DNA of 63,927 bases, counting the filler, from Aduncisulcus paluster (lineage: Eukaryota): NCBI GenBank assembly GCA_024181965.1. It is 6 parts of 6 records of this genome, joined end to end, with 100 filler letters (N's around TTAATTAATTAA, not from the genome) between each part and the next. Parts side by side here need not be neighbours in the genome. Positions count along the whole stretch, not along the records: positions 28,062 to 41,882 come from BQXS01011010.1; positions 41,983 to 53,205 come from BQXS01011011.1; 4 more parts are not named here. One strand, 5' to 3'. The position numbers were made by a program, and so were the translations under genes. Shown in pieces: positions 33,223-44,900 of this stretch (within the stretch, counting starts at the first letter, position 1; every line of letters starts with the position of its first letter). The notes under the pieces are model-generated. The model saw nothing but the letters and a program-made list of their open reading frames with translations, was not told the origin of the DNA and made no database searches.

Positions 33223-35769
33223 TTAAAATACTGAATAGAAATCGTTTTCATCGTGATCTTGCATGGAGTCAGTTTGTTTCTTTTTAACAACAGATCGTTT
33301 GACATAACTTCTTTTCATCACAGGCTTTCCAATTCTCTTCTTAATAGGTGCTCTTGCCCTTTCAAGTGCCTTTTTAAGCCTTTCTTCATGCTGAATTTGT
33401 TGCTGTTTCACCTTTTCTTCACGAACAATATCGAACCTTTTCTTTTGCAATAATCTCTCTGCCTTCTCCACAGATTCCGGTGGAAGACCGCTCAAAACCG
33501 ATAAAGCTGAGTCCAATCTCCCCTCAATTTGCTTCAACATCTCAATAGTATCTCTGCTATCATCGTCAGCAAACCCAAGTCTTCGATATGATTTAGATAC
33601 GGCCTTGTGGAGTGAAGACAACTTACTCTTGACATCATAGAACTCTTTCTCGTCTGATCTGGCAACGATAGCGTCCCCGTCATCCGCAGAGGTCTGCAGA
33701 ACTGATAGTTGCTCAGCAAGGTTGAATCTCTCATCTTTCAATACCTTCTCTCTATCTTGCACCTTTCGCTTAATCATCTCAAGCTGTGTCTCAGCTTCCT
33801 GTGTCTGCCGCATCAAGAATAGATTCTGTTCCTCCAAACGACTGAGAGTATCGAGAAGTTGCTGAGGGTTTGAGAAGAATAGAGGGAAATCCTTGTCGTT
33901 CATTCCATCCTCCACACCGAATTGGTCATGAGTGAAGACATCATTGGCCTCAATAGAAACCTCGGCCTGCACTTCTTTCTCTTCGGCTCCAAGTTCCTTG
34001 GTTACATGCTCAACACTGCCAGAACGGTCAGAACCACCGGCTTTGTCCTCGTCACGGCCCTCACGTGGCGATATAGGACCGGCACGAGCATCTCTGGGTG
34101 ACAGGAGCTCGCGTTGAGAAGGACGTTGGGCCTCAGGATGGAGTTCACGGGTGCTTAGTTTTGGCATGTCCATCTCACGAAGTCTAGAGGAGGCCCCGAT
34201 CTTCTGTGCTATCTTCTTGGAGTGGGAATATGATTTATGACCTTTGCCTGTGGCTCCCATTCGACCTGTCATCCCATAGGTATCACGCATACTATGACGA
34301 GTACTCTTGGTAGGTTTGCCTGACTTTCCAAGCCTGCCAGATGCATCAGTGATGCCACGTAACGAGAGCATCTTGACCTTGGCCCTGGCATTTGCACTTT
34401 CTTCCTTCAAGCGTTCCTCTTCAATCCTCGCTTTCCTCTCCTCTCTCTCTTTTCTTCTCTCAATCAGGACAGGGGCTACCGATTGACGCCACTCTATCGG
34501 CGACAAGGTCCACAGAAAGTCGCGAAATTGCTCGCATCGTTTGGCTTCATCACGACGTTTATGAATGTCTGTCTCAAGGGTCAAAAGTTGTGATTCAAGG
34601 GCGTTAATTCTTTGTTGACGATCAGTTCTGGCCTTTTGCGCAGTCTCAGCAGCACGAACGGCATCGTTGGCTTCAATATCTTTCTCTTTCAATTGACGAT
34701 TAAATTTGGCTGCATCAGAATCCAATGTCTCTTCTGTCTGCTGGAGCTTCAACTCTCTTGCAGCAGCAGCATCCTTAAGCCTCTGAATTTCACCGGCTTT
34801 TGTTGCATGAGACATCTGAAGAAGAAACATTTCACGCTTCCTTTGCAAAAGTTCCTGACAACTCTCACGATGACGTCTAACCCTGGCTAATTCAGCGATT
34901 GCAGTATCAGTAGCAGACATTTTTGGCTCTTCCTTCTTCAAAGTTTCACCTAATACGTTCCTCATATGTGTTGATCGCTGTTCAAAATCTAAGCGTGTTC
35001 TATCAAGAAATGTCATAGTTCTAAGTTTATCTTTTTCCTATATAAAAAAAAACCGACAAATTAAACAAAATATTCAATATAAACACCAGATAATAAACAT
35101 AACCGAAAAAACATACAATTTTCTTTCTTTTACGTGCTTCTTCCCTAATCCGAAAGAGAGAATCATCTCTCGGCATAGAGAATGGATTTGGTTTTGTTGA
35201 CANNNNNNNNNNNNNNNNNNNNACGGCATCGTTGGCTTCAATATCTTTCTCTTTCAATTGACGATTAAATTTGGCTGCATCAGAATCCAATGTCTCTTCT
35301 GTCTGCTGGAGCTTCAACTCTCTTGCAGCAGCAGCATCCTTAAGCCTCTGAATTTCACCGGCTTTTGTTGCATGAGACATCTGAAGAAGAAACATTTCAC
35401 GCTTCCTTTGCAAAAGTTCCTGACAACTCTCACGATGACGTCTAACCCTGGCTAATTCAGCGATTGCAGTATCAGTAGCAGACATTTTTGGCTCTTCCTT
35501 CTTCAAAGTTTCACCTAATACGTTCCTCATATGTGTTGATCGCTGTTCAAAATCTAAGCGTGTTCTATCAAGAAATGTCATAGTTCTAAGTTTATCTTTT
35601 TCCTATATAAAAAAAAAACCGACAAATTAAACAAAATATTCAATATAAACACCAGATAATAAACATAACCGAAAAAACATACAATTTTCTTTCTTTTACG
35701 TTCTTCTTCCCTAATCCGAAAGAGAGAATCATCTCTCGGCATAGAGAATGGATTTGGTTTTGTTGACAT
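33223..35769 (-). CDS. CFAP100: Cilia/flagella-associated protein CFAP100/CCDC37-38 family (DUF4200); the span includes an assembly duplication
   Basis: NPFSMPRDDSLFRIREEER N-terminus, KREMFLLQMSHATKAGEIQRL...DAAKFNRQLKE (DUF4200) and PLFFSNPQQLLDTLSRLEEQNLFLM. Exon 1 is 35683-35769. Confidence 0.85.
34658..35768. repeat. ~545-bp duplication flanking an N20 gap (34658-35202 vs 35223-35768)
   Basis: Near-identical copies either side of N20 at 35203-35222, differing by one substitution and one homopolymer A. Confidence 0.9.
35603..35682 (-). other. Predicted spliceosomal intron of CFAP100 (80 nt, GTATGT...TAG, phase 0; duplicate copy at 35038-35116)
   Basis: AAG AAA ATT|GTATGT...TTATATAG|GAA AAA GAT AAA CTT AGA ACT ATG ACA joins the conserved N-terminal exon in frame. 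Confidence 0.85.
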
Positions 35770-36019
35770 CTACGTCTTACGAACAAAACCAGAACATTTG
35801 GTCCTATCGTCAAAAGATTTTAGAACAATATTGTTTTAGGAAATTTATTTAATTAAAAGATAAAAATAAGCACCAATCATCTTCCAATCCATGCAATACA
35901 ATTCGTATTTCGTCAAATATATAAAAAGAACGATTTTGACCGCATTTTCCAATTTCATTGTATTTTATCAATAATATTTTAAATTTTAACCTATTATATA
36001 ACCTGAAATATAAACGTAA

Positions 36020-37287
36020 ATGAAAGTTAAGAATCTTTTAACAGCTAAAGATGTAAAAGACCTTCAAAAGGGCACAGATTGTATGAATTATTCTCATTCA
36101 TTTATTTTTTTATGGATATCAACTTATATTCTTTTCCTTATTACCATCTTCTCCCTTTAGTATCAATGAAACATATTAAGAGGTTTTGTCGGAGATTCGA
36201 TCGAGTTGCCAAAATCCCGATGGAAATTGGAGGTTCAGGAGTTGTGTCTACACTTGATGTCTGTGAGCAGGTCACTGTTGGCAGAAAAGAATATGTGAGA
36301 GATGTAATTCAAGCTATTTATACAGAACCTCATTATGCCAGCAAAATGTCCAAAGATAGAATTAAACCTGACAATCCATCACCTTCCACGCACGATGAAA
36401 AGCCAAAGAACAATAAGAAACAAAACATCTCACATAAACCCCCTCTCTCCGATTCCTCTGCTCTCGCTTCACCCTCTTCTCTTTCATCTGTACCTCCATC
36501 CAGTGGCACTCATGCCCTTCCATCGACTTTAACATCAAGCACCATGTCATCAACCTCCTCTCTCTCCGATCTTGGCGATAGCGGAGAGGTGTTCAAAGAA
36601 AGCGAGGATGATGAACTTCATTCCTCCCCTTCTACCAATCCTCCTCTGCTGGAATCATCGGGCACCAGTCAAGGAAAGCACCTTAATCCATATTTAATAG
36701 CTAAGAGAAGAGCCAGCAGCGGTGATGCTGCATTGTATGATTCCAACTCTCATGGAAAGATGTCCCACTCACATCGTCCTCTTTCCATGCGTTCTCCCCT
36801 CCATCACATGACTGAAGATGATCTAGAAGATGGAGGAAGACTATTCCATTCTGAACACCCTGCCCAAGACCGTAAACAACTGCTCTGCCCTCCTCAACAC
36901 TCCCCTCCTCCTGTCCCTCCGATCGATTCCCCTGGGCACGAGAGTTCACGCTATTCATCGGCATCCATGTCCCCCGTTCAAGCAGGGAAAGCATACGACC
37001 AGTCTGACCTTGATCCGCGACCAATGCTGTGGGCATTTGGAGAGGTTGGTGACGGTGGATTTGGAGGTTCTTTCACTTCTCTTCCACGGAGAAGGATTAT
37101 GTTCTCCTTCTTTGATAAGGATAATGATGGTTATGTGGGGTTTTCTGACATCATTGAGACATTTTCTGCCATTACTGGAAGAGATAGCAGTAGTTATGAA
37201 GACGGCGTCAAATGCCTGTTGGAAAAGGAAACTGGCCATGAAAAAGGGAAATTATCTTTCTCAAAATTCAGTAAAATTATGTTTTAA
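36020..37287 (+). CDS. Calcineurin-B/CHP-like EF-hand protein with a long Ser/Pro-rich insertion; exon 1 36020-36080, exon 2 36161-37287
   Basis: Spliced N-terminus MKVKNLLTAKDVKDLQKGTDLSMKHIKRFCRRFDRV resembles CHP/CnB N-termini. C-terminal EF hand FSFFDKDNDGYVGFSD followed by KGKLSFSKFSKIM. Confidence 0.7.
36081..36160 (+). other. Predicted spliceosomal intron (80 nt, GTATGA...TAG, phase 1)
   Basis: GAT T|GTATGA...CTCCCTTTAG|TA TCA ATG, with a pyrimidine-rich 3' end; splicing restores the CHP-like N-terminus. Confidence 0.8.
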
Positions 37288-37633
37288 TTGTATTGGGACC
37301 TCATAACATCATGTTATGATACCCATCAAAAATCTCTGTCAAAACGACTTTACAATATTATTCTTGCGATAGTCTTGATAAATTTTAAAATCCATAAACG
37401 TTTAGCTTTGTAATTTGGTTATTCTACGTGCTTTATTTTGTCATTTTCGAGGACCTTCACGTTCCACCGTTTCCACTTCAATATATTTGTATTAAAAAAA
37501 CATTTTAGAAACATAAATAGAAATTAGCATGATTTCCATTGAAAAATATGGAGAATAACATAACCAAAAAGTTTGCTCAGAGGATCACCCAAGAGTTATT
37601 TTTTTCTTGACAAATTAGTTTAGGAATCATAAT

Positions 37634-40600
37634 ATGATAACTTACGCGGAATTAAAAGACCTTAGAGATAAAATTAAGGGTCTTTCTAGTGTTTCCGAGT
37701 CATCTGCATGCTATTATGAAAATCGAACTCATTTCCTCAATATATTTGAAGATTCAAAATCTTCCTCGCAAATTAAACGAAATTGGTTATCATTGGATCT
37801 GACATGTGAGTGTTTGACCCTATTAATTAATCATAAACATGGTGACTCTAATGTTATTCTTTCTGAATCGGCAATCACTGATATTGTCGATAAATTCCTG
37901 GATCACTTTGCCCGTGTTGAGGATAATTTGAAGGATGACATCACAAAATGGCTCGGGGTGCTTTGTTCTGAGTATGTGACCCGAGTTCCAGGTAATCGAA
38001 CTAAATTCCTCAAAGAGTCTGGAAGCATCCTTTCCAATATCTTGAAACGTGGTTCCACCGAAAGGATTACAGAGATCAAACCATTGTACTTTCTGATAAC
38101 TTTGAAGCACATTGCCCAAACTCAGTCGGCTAGAGATGATCTCTTGAAATTGATTCACCCTTACGTCATTCCTTGGATTAAAATGTATCCATGGGCCCCG
38201 TTTGTCGGAGAAATAGCTCTTTTACTAGGTAAAATAACCCTCAAAGTGGATAATCAAACCAGTGATGCTGAAAGATCTAAAAAATGTTTCTGTTTCTTTG
38301 AACCGCTCATTGACATTATTGAGGAAAAATTTATGGATGATATGACGGAAAATGACCTTGAAGACTCACTACATTTCTTTGCAAACCTATCTGTGAATCC
38401 AGAACATGCTGTAATTGTTTTTGAGAGAGTTGAATCTCTATTAGATCAATGGTATGAAATTTACAAGGAAAAAATGCATAAATGGGGAATTAAATATTGG
38501 TCAAAACTTATCTATATGTTTTCTCAAGTGCCATCCCTCAAAGATAAAGTTTCGCCCCGGTTTGATGATGAACTGAAATGGTGCTCTGAACACGAAGGCT
38601 GGAAGGGTTCAACTGCCCAACTTCTGGCCCTTGCTAAGGGCTCTGTTAAAACATGGCTCACTATCTTGCTCTCTCTTTCCTCTATCACGACCTCGGCAGA
38701 GGCTTCTCGCGTTTACTATAAGCATAAGGACGAAATGGTTAAAACAATGTCAAAATATTGCACTTCAACCACAAATATCAAGAGTAACTCTGGAGAAATT
38801 TCATTAATTATCAAGATATTGTCTCTGTTGATCCGTCATGTCAACGAAGATGAGTCTGAAACCTTCTTGCCCCCAGGTGATATAAAGGATGTCGTTGACA
38901 CATTCATGGAACAAATAGAGTCCGCTGAAGAAGAAATTGGAGGCGAGGCCACCATTCATTTCTGTCGAATTTGTGCCAACTATTCATTCAAATCTAAGTC
39001 AACAAGAGCTAAATTCCTTCCAACCGTTAGTTCTAGTCTTTCAAGGGTTATTAAACGTGGTGCCGATGGTTCATTCAAGGGAAATCTCCCCCTTTTCCTG
39101 TTGAACACTCTCTTGAACTGTTGCACAGAGTCCTCATCTGCCACACTTGATTGCATAACTGATATTATTACACCTCATGCTGGCGAATGGATAAAGAAAT
39201 ACACCACCTCAGCAATTACTGGGCGTTGGATGATGATATTGGCCAAAATAACGACCGATTACCATGGAAATAATCCAAATTCCAAGCGTTGTGAAGAGGC
39301 CTGGTGTCTCGTGAAGCCTGTTGTGTCCGTTATCAAGAGTCATTACCGGAAAGATAAGATAGCTGAAGACGATGTTGAGGATAGTCTTCGATTCTTTGCC
39401 AATATCTCTGCCTCTGATTCCAGTCGGAGTCGGCAGATCTTCAAGCAAATCAACGGTTTACTCGGGGAGTGGATTGAAGTATTCAAAGCTAGCAAGCACC
39501 AGTGGGGAATTAAATATTGGTGCAATTTGATATCTAATCTTGCCTCCTCAAGTTCTGTATTCCACTACATATCCCCTAAATATGATAAAGAAATGGAGTG
39601 GTGTTTGGATAATGGTGGTCTTGCAAGTGATTACAAGAGGTTTTTGGTCGCTAAAGCCACTTCGACGGGATCTAGTGGTTCAACTGATTCCTCATCTCAC
39701 GATTCTGGTAAACACTCTCGCTCTCGTTCTCCTATCTCCCGAAGCCCATCCCCGAAGCCTTCTCTAAAACCCACACCAAAACCCACACCAAAACCCACAC
39801 CAAAACCTCCGGGAGGTAAGAAGCGAAAGGATTCCTTAACTTTGTTTGATGACGACGACATTGAACCATTATGTATTCTCGGAGCTGGAGGATTTGGAGA
39901 AGTGTACCTCGTTAAGATAAAGGGTGTTGATAAGGTATGTGTGCTTAAACGTATGCTTAGAGTTGGAGATAAAGCCCTCATCAAAAGTTGCAAGAAAGAA
40001 TTCAAGTCTCAGATGCGCCTGTTCATGAACCCCAAATGCTACAATCGTATTCCTCGTCCCATGTATATTCTGGATCTTCTTGATGAGAAATACGAGGGAA
40101 CATTTGGATTTTGTATGGAGTATTGCATGGGTGGTAGTGTTGGTGATTTTGCCAAGAGGTGGTGTGCAGATGAAGACGAACCCGAGGCCAAGTATAATCC
40201 TCTGAAAATGGCTTCTTTAAGTATCGGCATGATCGAGTGTCTGTGTGATTGTTTTAGTGCCAAGAAGACCCTTGTCCACAGAGATATCAAACCAGATAAT
40301 TTTCTTGTCCGTGTTGATCCCAAGACTGGTGAATGTACAATTGTCCTTGGAGATCTTGGCCTTGTGAAGATCCAAGATACCATTACTTCTTCTGCTTCTT
40401 CCAAGAGTTTTACTCATTCTCGGAGAGCTCTCAAGGATAAGTCAACCAAAAAGGACGATTTCGAACTCTGTGGAACTCTCATCTACAATTCATTTGAAGC
40501 CATTCGACACGGGCAACAATCTCAATTGAGTGATGCCCACTCCCTTGCTATGACTATTCTCTCTGTATTCCTTGGAAAACAACCATTTGCCATGACTGAC

Positions 40601-40960
40601 CTCCTTGATGGTCTCACTGATCAAATGGATTTGATTGGCAGGTTGCTCGCAGTTTTTGATAACGAAAAACTTCCCCAACTCACAGATGTACCCACATTCA
40701 AACAACTTCTCACCCTTGACAGAGGAAAATACAAGGATGTGTACAATGCTTTGAGCAAAGTTTACACTGGAATGACTGAAGTTAAATCCGATGATCGTAT
40801 GTGTGTTCAAGACGCACAAAAAATTGTGTCAGAAGTCAAGGACAAACTCCCTCCCATCGGAGAAGGCTGGAAATGTCCCGATATTGAGGATGTTATTAAA
40901 CTTCAAAATCTTAAATACTTCCTTCTCAGCCTCATTGAGGATGCTGAAGATGATGAATAA
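37634..40960 (+). CDS. Ser/Thr protein kinase with two tandem ~330-aa N-terminal helical (ARM-like) domains
   Basis: GAGGFGEV, VLK, HRDIKPDN, DLG, GTLIYNSFE; duplicated block EDSL(H/R)FFAN...(K/Q)WGIKYW...SP(R/K)(F/Y)D.E..WC. Confidence 0.9.
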   Translation: MITYAELKDLRDKIKGLSSVSESSACYYENRTHFLNIFEDSKSSSQIKRNWLSLDLTCECLTLLINHKHGDSNVILSESAITDIVDKFLDHFARVEDNLKDDITKWLGVLCSEYVTRVPGNRTKFLKESGSILSNILKRGSTERITEIKPLYFLITLKHIAQTQSARDDLLKLIHPYVIPWIKMYPWAPFVGEIALLLGKITLKVDNQTSDAERSKKCFCFFEPLIDIIEEKFMDDMTENDLEDSLHFFANLSVNPEHAVIVFERVESLLDQWYEIYKEKMHKWGIKYWSKLIYMFSQVPSLKDKVSPRFDDELKWCSEHEGWKGSTAQLLALAKGSVKTWLTILLSLSSITTSAEASRVYYKHKDEMVKTMSKYCTSTTNIKSNSGEISLIIKILSLLIRHVNEDESETFLPPGDIKDVVDTFMEQIESAEEEIGGEATIHFCRICANYSFKSKSTRAKFLPTVSSSLSRVIKRGADGSFKGNLPLFLLNTLLNCCTESSSATLDCITDIITPHAGEWIKKYTTSAITGRWMMILAKITTDYHGNNPNSKRCEEAWCLVKPVVSVIKSHYRKDKIAEDDVEDSLRFFANISASDSSRSRQIFKQINGLLGEWIEVFKASKHQWGIKYWCNLISNLASSSSVFHYISPKYDKEMEWCLDNGGLASDYKRFLVAKATSTGSSGSTDSSSHDSGKHSRSRSPISRSPSPKPSLKPTPKPTPKPTPKPPGGKKRKDSLTLFDDDDIEPLCILGAGGFGEVYLVKIKGVDKVCVLKRMLRVGDKALIKSCKKEFKSQMRLFMNPKCYNRIPRPMYILDLLDEKYEGTFGFCMEYCMGGSVGDFAKRWCADEDEPEAKYNPLKMASLSIGMIECLCDCFSAKKTLVHRDIKPDNFLVRVDPKTGECTIVLGDLGLVKIQDTITSSASSKSFTHSRRALKDKSTKKDDFELCGTLIYNSFEAIRHGQQSQLSDAHSLAMTILSVFLGKQPFAMTDLLDGLTDQMDLIGRLLAVFDNEKLPQLTDVPTFKQLLTLDRGKYKDVYNALSKVYTGMTEVKSDDRMCVQDAQKIVSEVKDKLPPIGEGWKCPDIEDVIKLQNLKYFLLSLIEDAEDDE
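39770..39806 (+). repeat. 12-bp tandem repeat x3 (cccacaccaaaa) encoding a PTPK linker
   Basis: Visible directly; protein KPTPKPTPKPTPKP. Confidence 0.9.
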
Positions 40961-41230
40961 GCACTTTCGATTCTTTTTTTGAAGTTATTTTTTGGATTGT
41001 CCAGAGAACTCTGGATTGAATTTTTAATGTAGCTATTTCGAATATTCTGTTCTATTTTGATGTCCAACCCTTAAATAACCATGCTATTCTGTGATTTTGA
41101 CAAATAAAAAAAAAAAAAAATTATATGGCACAAAATATTTCCACTGGAAAGGATGGCATCCTTCTCTCATACCACCATCTTAAATTAACATTTTTAGAAA
41201 AATTGAATTATAATTCAATTCAAATTAATA

Positions 41231-41500
41231 TCAAACAAAAAGATTGGCAACTGAGAGTTGAACTCCATTCGAAATATCTTCAGCGATTGTTGAAACGGGA
41301 GCCCGTTCAATTACAGGTGCTGTGTGAGAATAATACTTTGCGAAATCGTCCATAGGAATACTCTCAGATGCAATACCCTTGAAAAAATCCATTGTCTCCA
41401 GAAAAGATTCGATGATTTCAGAATTAGAAGCTGAAGAACAACAAATCAGGAATGATATCAAATATAGAAAGAATAATCGGCAAAAATGATTTAAAAACAT
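41231..41500 (-). CDS. Possible small secreted protein (89 aa)
   Basis: ATG start with a hydrophobic signal-peptide-like N-terminus (FFLYLISFLICCSSA) followed by natural-looking polar sequence. Confidence 0.35.
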   Translation of the reverse strand: MFLNHFCRLFFLYLISFLICCSSASNSEIIESFLETMDFFKGIASESIPMDDFAKYYSHTAPVIERAPVSTIAEDISNGVQLSVANLFV

Positions 41501-41882
41501 GTTTTATGAAATGTTAGACTGTGCTAGCGTCTTGTATATACCTAACGAACCGAATGATTGTGTCCAAAACATCCATCGTTCGATTCAAGGCTTATCAAAT
41601 TCCGTGTCTATGGTCATTTCAACACATTTCGCGAATAATGGAATAAATGAAATGTCTTGTGGATATTTATTCGGATGTGGAATGCGAAGGCAAAGGATAA
41701 GTCGATTTTGGATTTTGATCACTTTGCAAATCGGGGCCAAGGGGTGACGTTCAACGCTCAAAAGAATGGTTTCATGTCACTACCATGTTTGACATTGATC
41801 GTCAACTGGCAGAAATCATACATGTGCTATTATTACTGAAGACAATATGGAGAAAACAATCTTAAACACATATAACCGTAGT

Positions 41883-41982
41883 NNNNNNNNNNNNNNNNNN
41901 NNNNNNNNNNNNNNNNNNNNNNNNNNTTAATTAATTAANNNNNNNNNNNNNNNNNNNNNNNNNNNNNNNNNNNNNNNNNNNN
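41883..41982. other. Artificial contig-joining spacer
   Basis: N44-TTAATTAATTAA-N44. Confidence 0.97.
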
Positions 41983-44900
41983 AGAGGAAGAGAGGACTGT
42001 GTGTCCATCAGATCCTGGAGATGATCCATTACTGATATCTTTGATACTCCAAGAGAACAATTCACTTCCAAGAGAAGAATCTTCATCTTCTTCATGATCT
42101 CCTTCCATTTCTTCACCTTGTTGGGGGGCTTCAACAGGCTCTTCAACAACAGGTGGGGGTAAATTTCCTTTTTTCTTGCGCTCTTTCTCTTCTTTTTCTC
42201 GTTGTTTTCTTTCTTTTTCTTCACGTTTCTTCCTTTCTTTTTCAAGCTTCTTCCGTGTTTTCTCGTCCAATATTGGTTCTTCTTCTTCTTCTTCCTCAGC
42301 CTCTTCCTCAGGAAGTCCAACAAGCTCCCTTTCTTCTGCTTCGAGGTCAGCCATGAACATGACAGCCTTTGGACTCACAGTTTCAGTTCCAACAACATCT
42401 GCATATCCATCTTGCTTGTTCAGTGCAGTGTCAACATTCACATCATCTTCCATTTCTCTTTCCTTTAATCTTTGCCGCATCTGGCGTTTCCTTGCTTTCT
42501 CTTTCTTTTTCCGATCCTTACGTTTGAGCTCTCCTTTCTTTGCAACACTAAGTAAAACTTCTCTGCCTTCTTCAAGAGTTTCCCAGACGTTTAATATCCC
42601 CTTTTTACCCTCACATACAAGCTCACATATGTTCTCTGCACTCTCAAACATACCTGAGATACCTTCAAACACACAGACACACTCATGAACACACGTGCAA
42701 ACAACGCATGTACGTTCGACAACCTCAATATCGTCTCTGTTCTGATCTAAGAGTTTAGAGAGAGTTGTGATGATCGGAGATAGGTAAATATTGACCTCAT
42801 TTTCAAGTAATCTCGTGATTGAATTGGCACAATGTAAGTTAACACCGACAACACACTCACGAACGGCATGGAGCTCTGTTCTTCTGAAAGCATCAAACAG
42901 CTCTCTTTCGAGACGCATCACACGTTTTCTCATGGCTCTCATCTGTAAGATTTCATGTCTAGAACCCCTCACAAGACAAGTACAATGTAAGGCAGGGACA
43001 TCATTTCGAATTCTACAAATGGAAGAACCAAGAGAAGAAAGAGCAAGTAAGTGGGTAGATATCAACGAATGGAGAGAACCAGCTGTCATGTTCCTTCTAG
43101 GGATTTTCAAATAGAGTGGGGTGACAGCATCAATAGAATCAAGCGTCTTTGTACATTTATGAAGGGAATTTGCATACTCACGTTGGGATAAGAAAAGAGA
43201 AGAAGAAGAAATCAGATCAGTCATTTCAATTCTTCTTTGCATCGTATTACTGAGATCTTTCACATCACTTTGTAACAAAGAGAAGAAGAGAGAGAGAGAT
43301 TCAGAGAACTGAGAGTGGGAAGAGGTACGAAAACTCAGAGAACTGATGAAAGAAGACACGCTTTGGTGGCGTATAAGAGTCGCTTTCTTAGCTTCTTCCT
43401 CTCGTCGTTGAATAGATTGCTCTTCCTCTTGAACGGCAGTGTTCATGACTTTTCCATCAACAATCTTTAACTGACTTCCAAGAGTAACAGCTTCACTTGG
43501 AGTACTGGGCTTGCCTTCAGCTAACACAGATGCATGAAGAGCCTCTTGCTTTTGCATTCTTATCTCTTCTTCTTGCTTCATCTCTCTGCCGAACATTTGT
43601 CTATGACGGTAGACAACAGATGAAATGGAAGCCAAAAGATTGGCATGTTCTCTTTGTTTCATTGATAAGGAGACGAGAGAAGGGGCATCTGAATCAAGTG
43701 CCATAGATAAATGATCTTGTTGAGTTTCTTTGGCTATTTTATCTGACTTTTTGGGAGGTAACCTACCTTCAACACCATGGATTCTCTCCTCGTGTCGTCC
43801 TTCCTCGTCACTTTCCTCCGTTTGATCTGATGGGCTGGTCTTTTGATCATGTGTATCAAGGCCTAACAAAGGAACGTTGAGAAGACTCACACGATCAGAG
43901 CATACACCACAACACACACCACACAGAACTCCTCCAACATGGTCGATATCACTATCAATGGCAGAAACGGCCACAGAGAGCTTGTCAACTGCACGAGATA
44001 ATGATACGAGCACAGTCTCAACATTCTTGAGGTCCTGACCGACAGATGTAGAGAAAGAGGATGTGGGAGAGAACATGGAATCGACAATCTGGATCTTTGA
44101 GGATGCAAGAGAGAATGATCCATGGTTGAAGGCATATTCCAGAGGAACGTACACAATGGGAGTATCTACCACAGTGTGATCAGCAACAGAAAGAGGGAAC
44201 TGTTGAGTGAGATTGGATACTAGGGTCTTCCGAGCACGTTTTCTCTTCTCCTCTTCTAACTTACGCTCTTCTTCAAGATCATCGGAGTCTTCGCTTTCAC
44301 CAGATACCTCTTTTGCCTTCTGAAGCCTCCACTTCTGTATGTGACTTAGATGAACAAGGGCACGTGGCACCAGAGTAGCACTGATATTTGACTTGATCTG
44401 GTTGATTTCTTCTTTCATCTCACCAGCCCACTCGCTGACACATTCACACAGATATTCATGTCTGTAACCGGTGCATTTCTCCTCCATATCGGTGCAAATG
44501 CTATCCTTAAGAATCTCAAACACATCATAGACACATCGAGAAACGTTAGACAGAGAGCCAGAGAACTGTGCCCAGGATGATGTGTGTATGTTGGTATGAG
44601 CAAATAAGACACCACTCAGCGTTGACAAAGAACTTAAAGGAGAGAAAGCAAGGTTAGAGAGCGAAGAATAGAGTGACAAAAGAGATAATAACGAAGCTCT
44701 GATAGAATTATAAGTAAGGATCTTCACAGGCCCCTCAGCATCAGCATTCTTCTCAATCTTTGGCCTTGTGCGTTTCTTTAACTTGACAGTTCCATCGCTC
44801 CACATAACATCGCCTTCGTCAGCCTCATCTTCTTCCTCACTTTCCTCTTCATACTCACTGGTTTGTTCCTCTGAAACACCATCTTCTGCAACTCTATCAA

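Noticed and set aside
35027..35581. 184-aa ORF with permuted CFAP100 segments
   Set aside because: Chimera read through the N gap between duplicated contig ends.
41499..41882. Short overlapping + strand ORFs near a contig end
   Set aside because: No recognisable motif, and stops in all frames.
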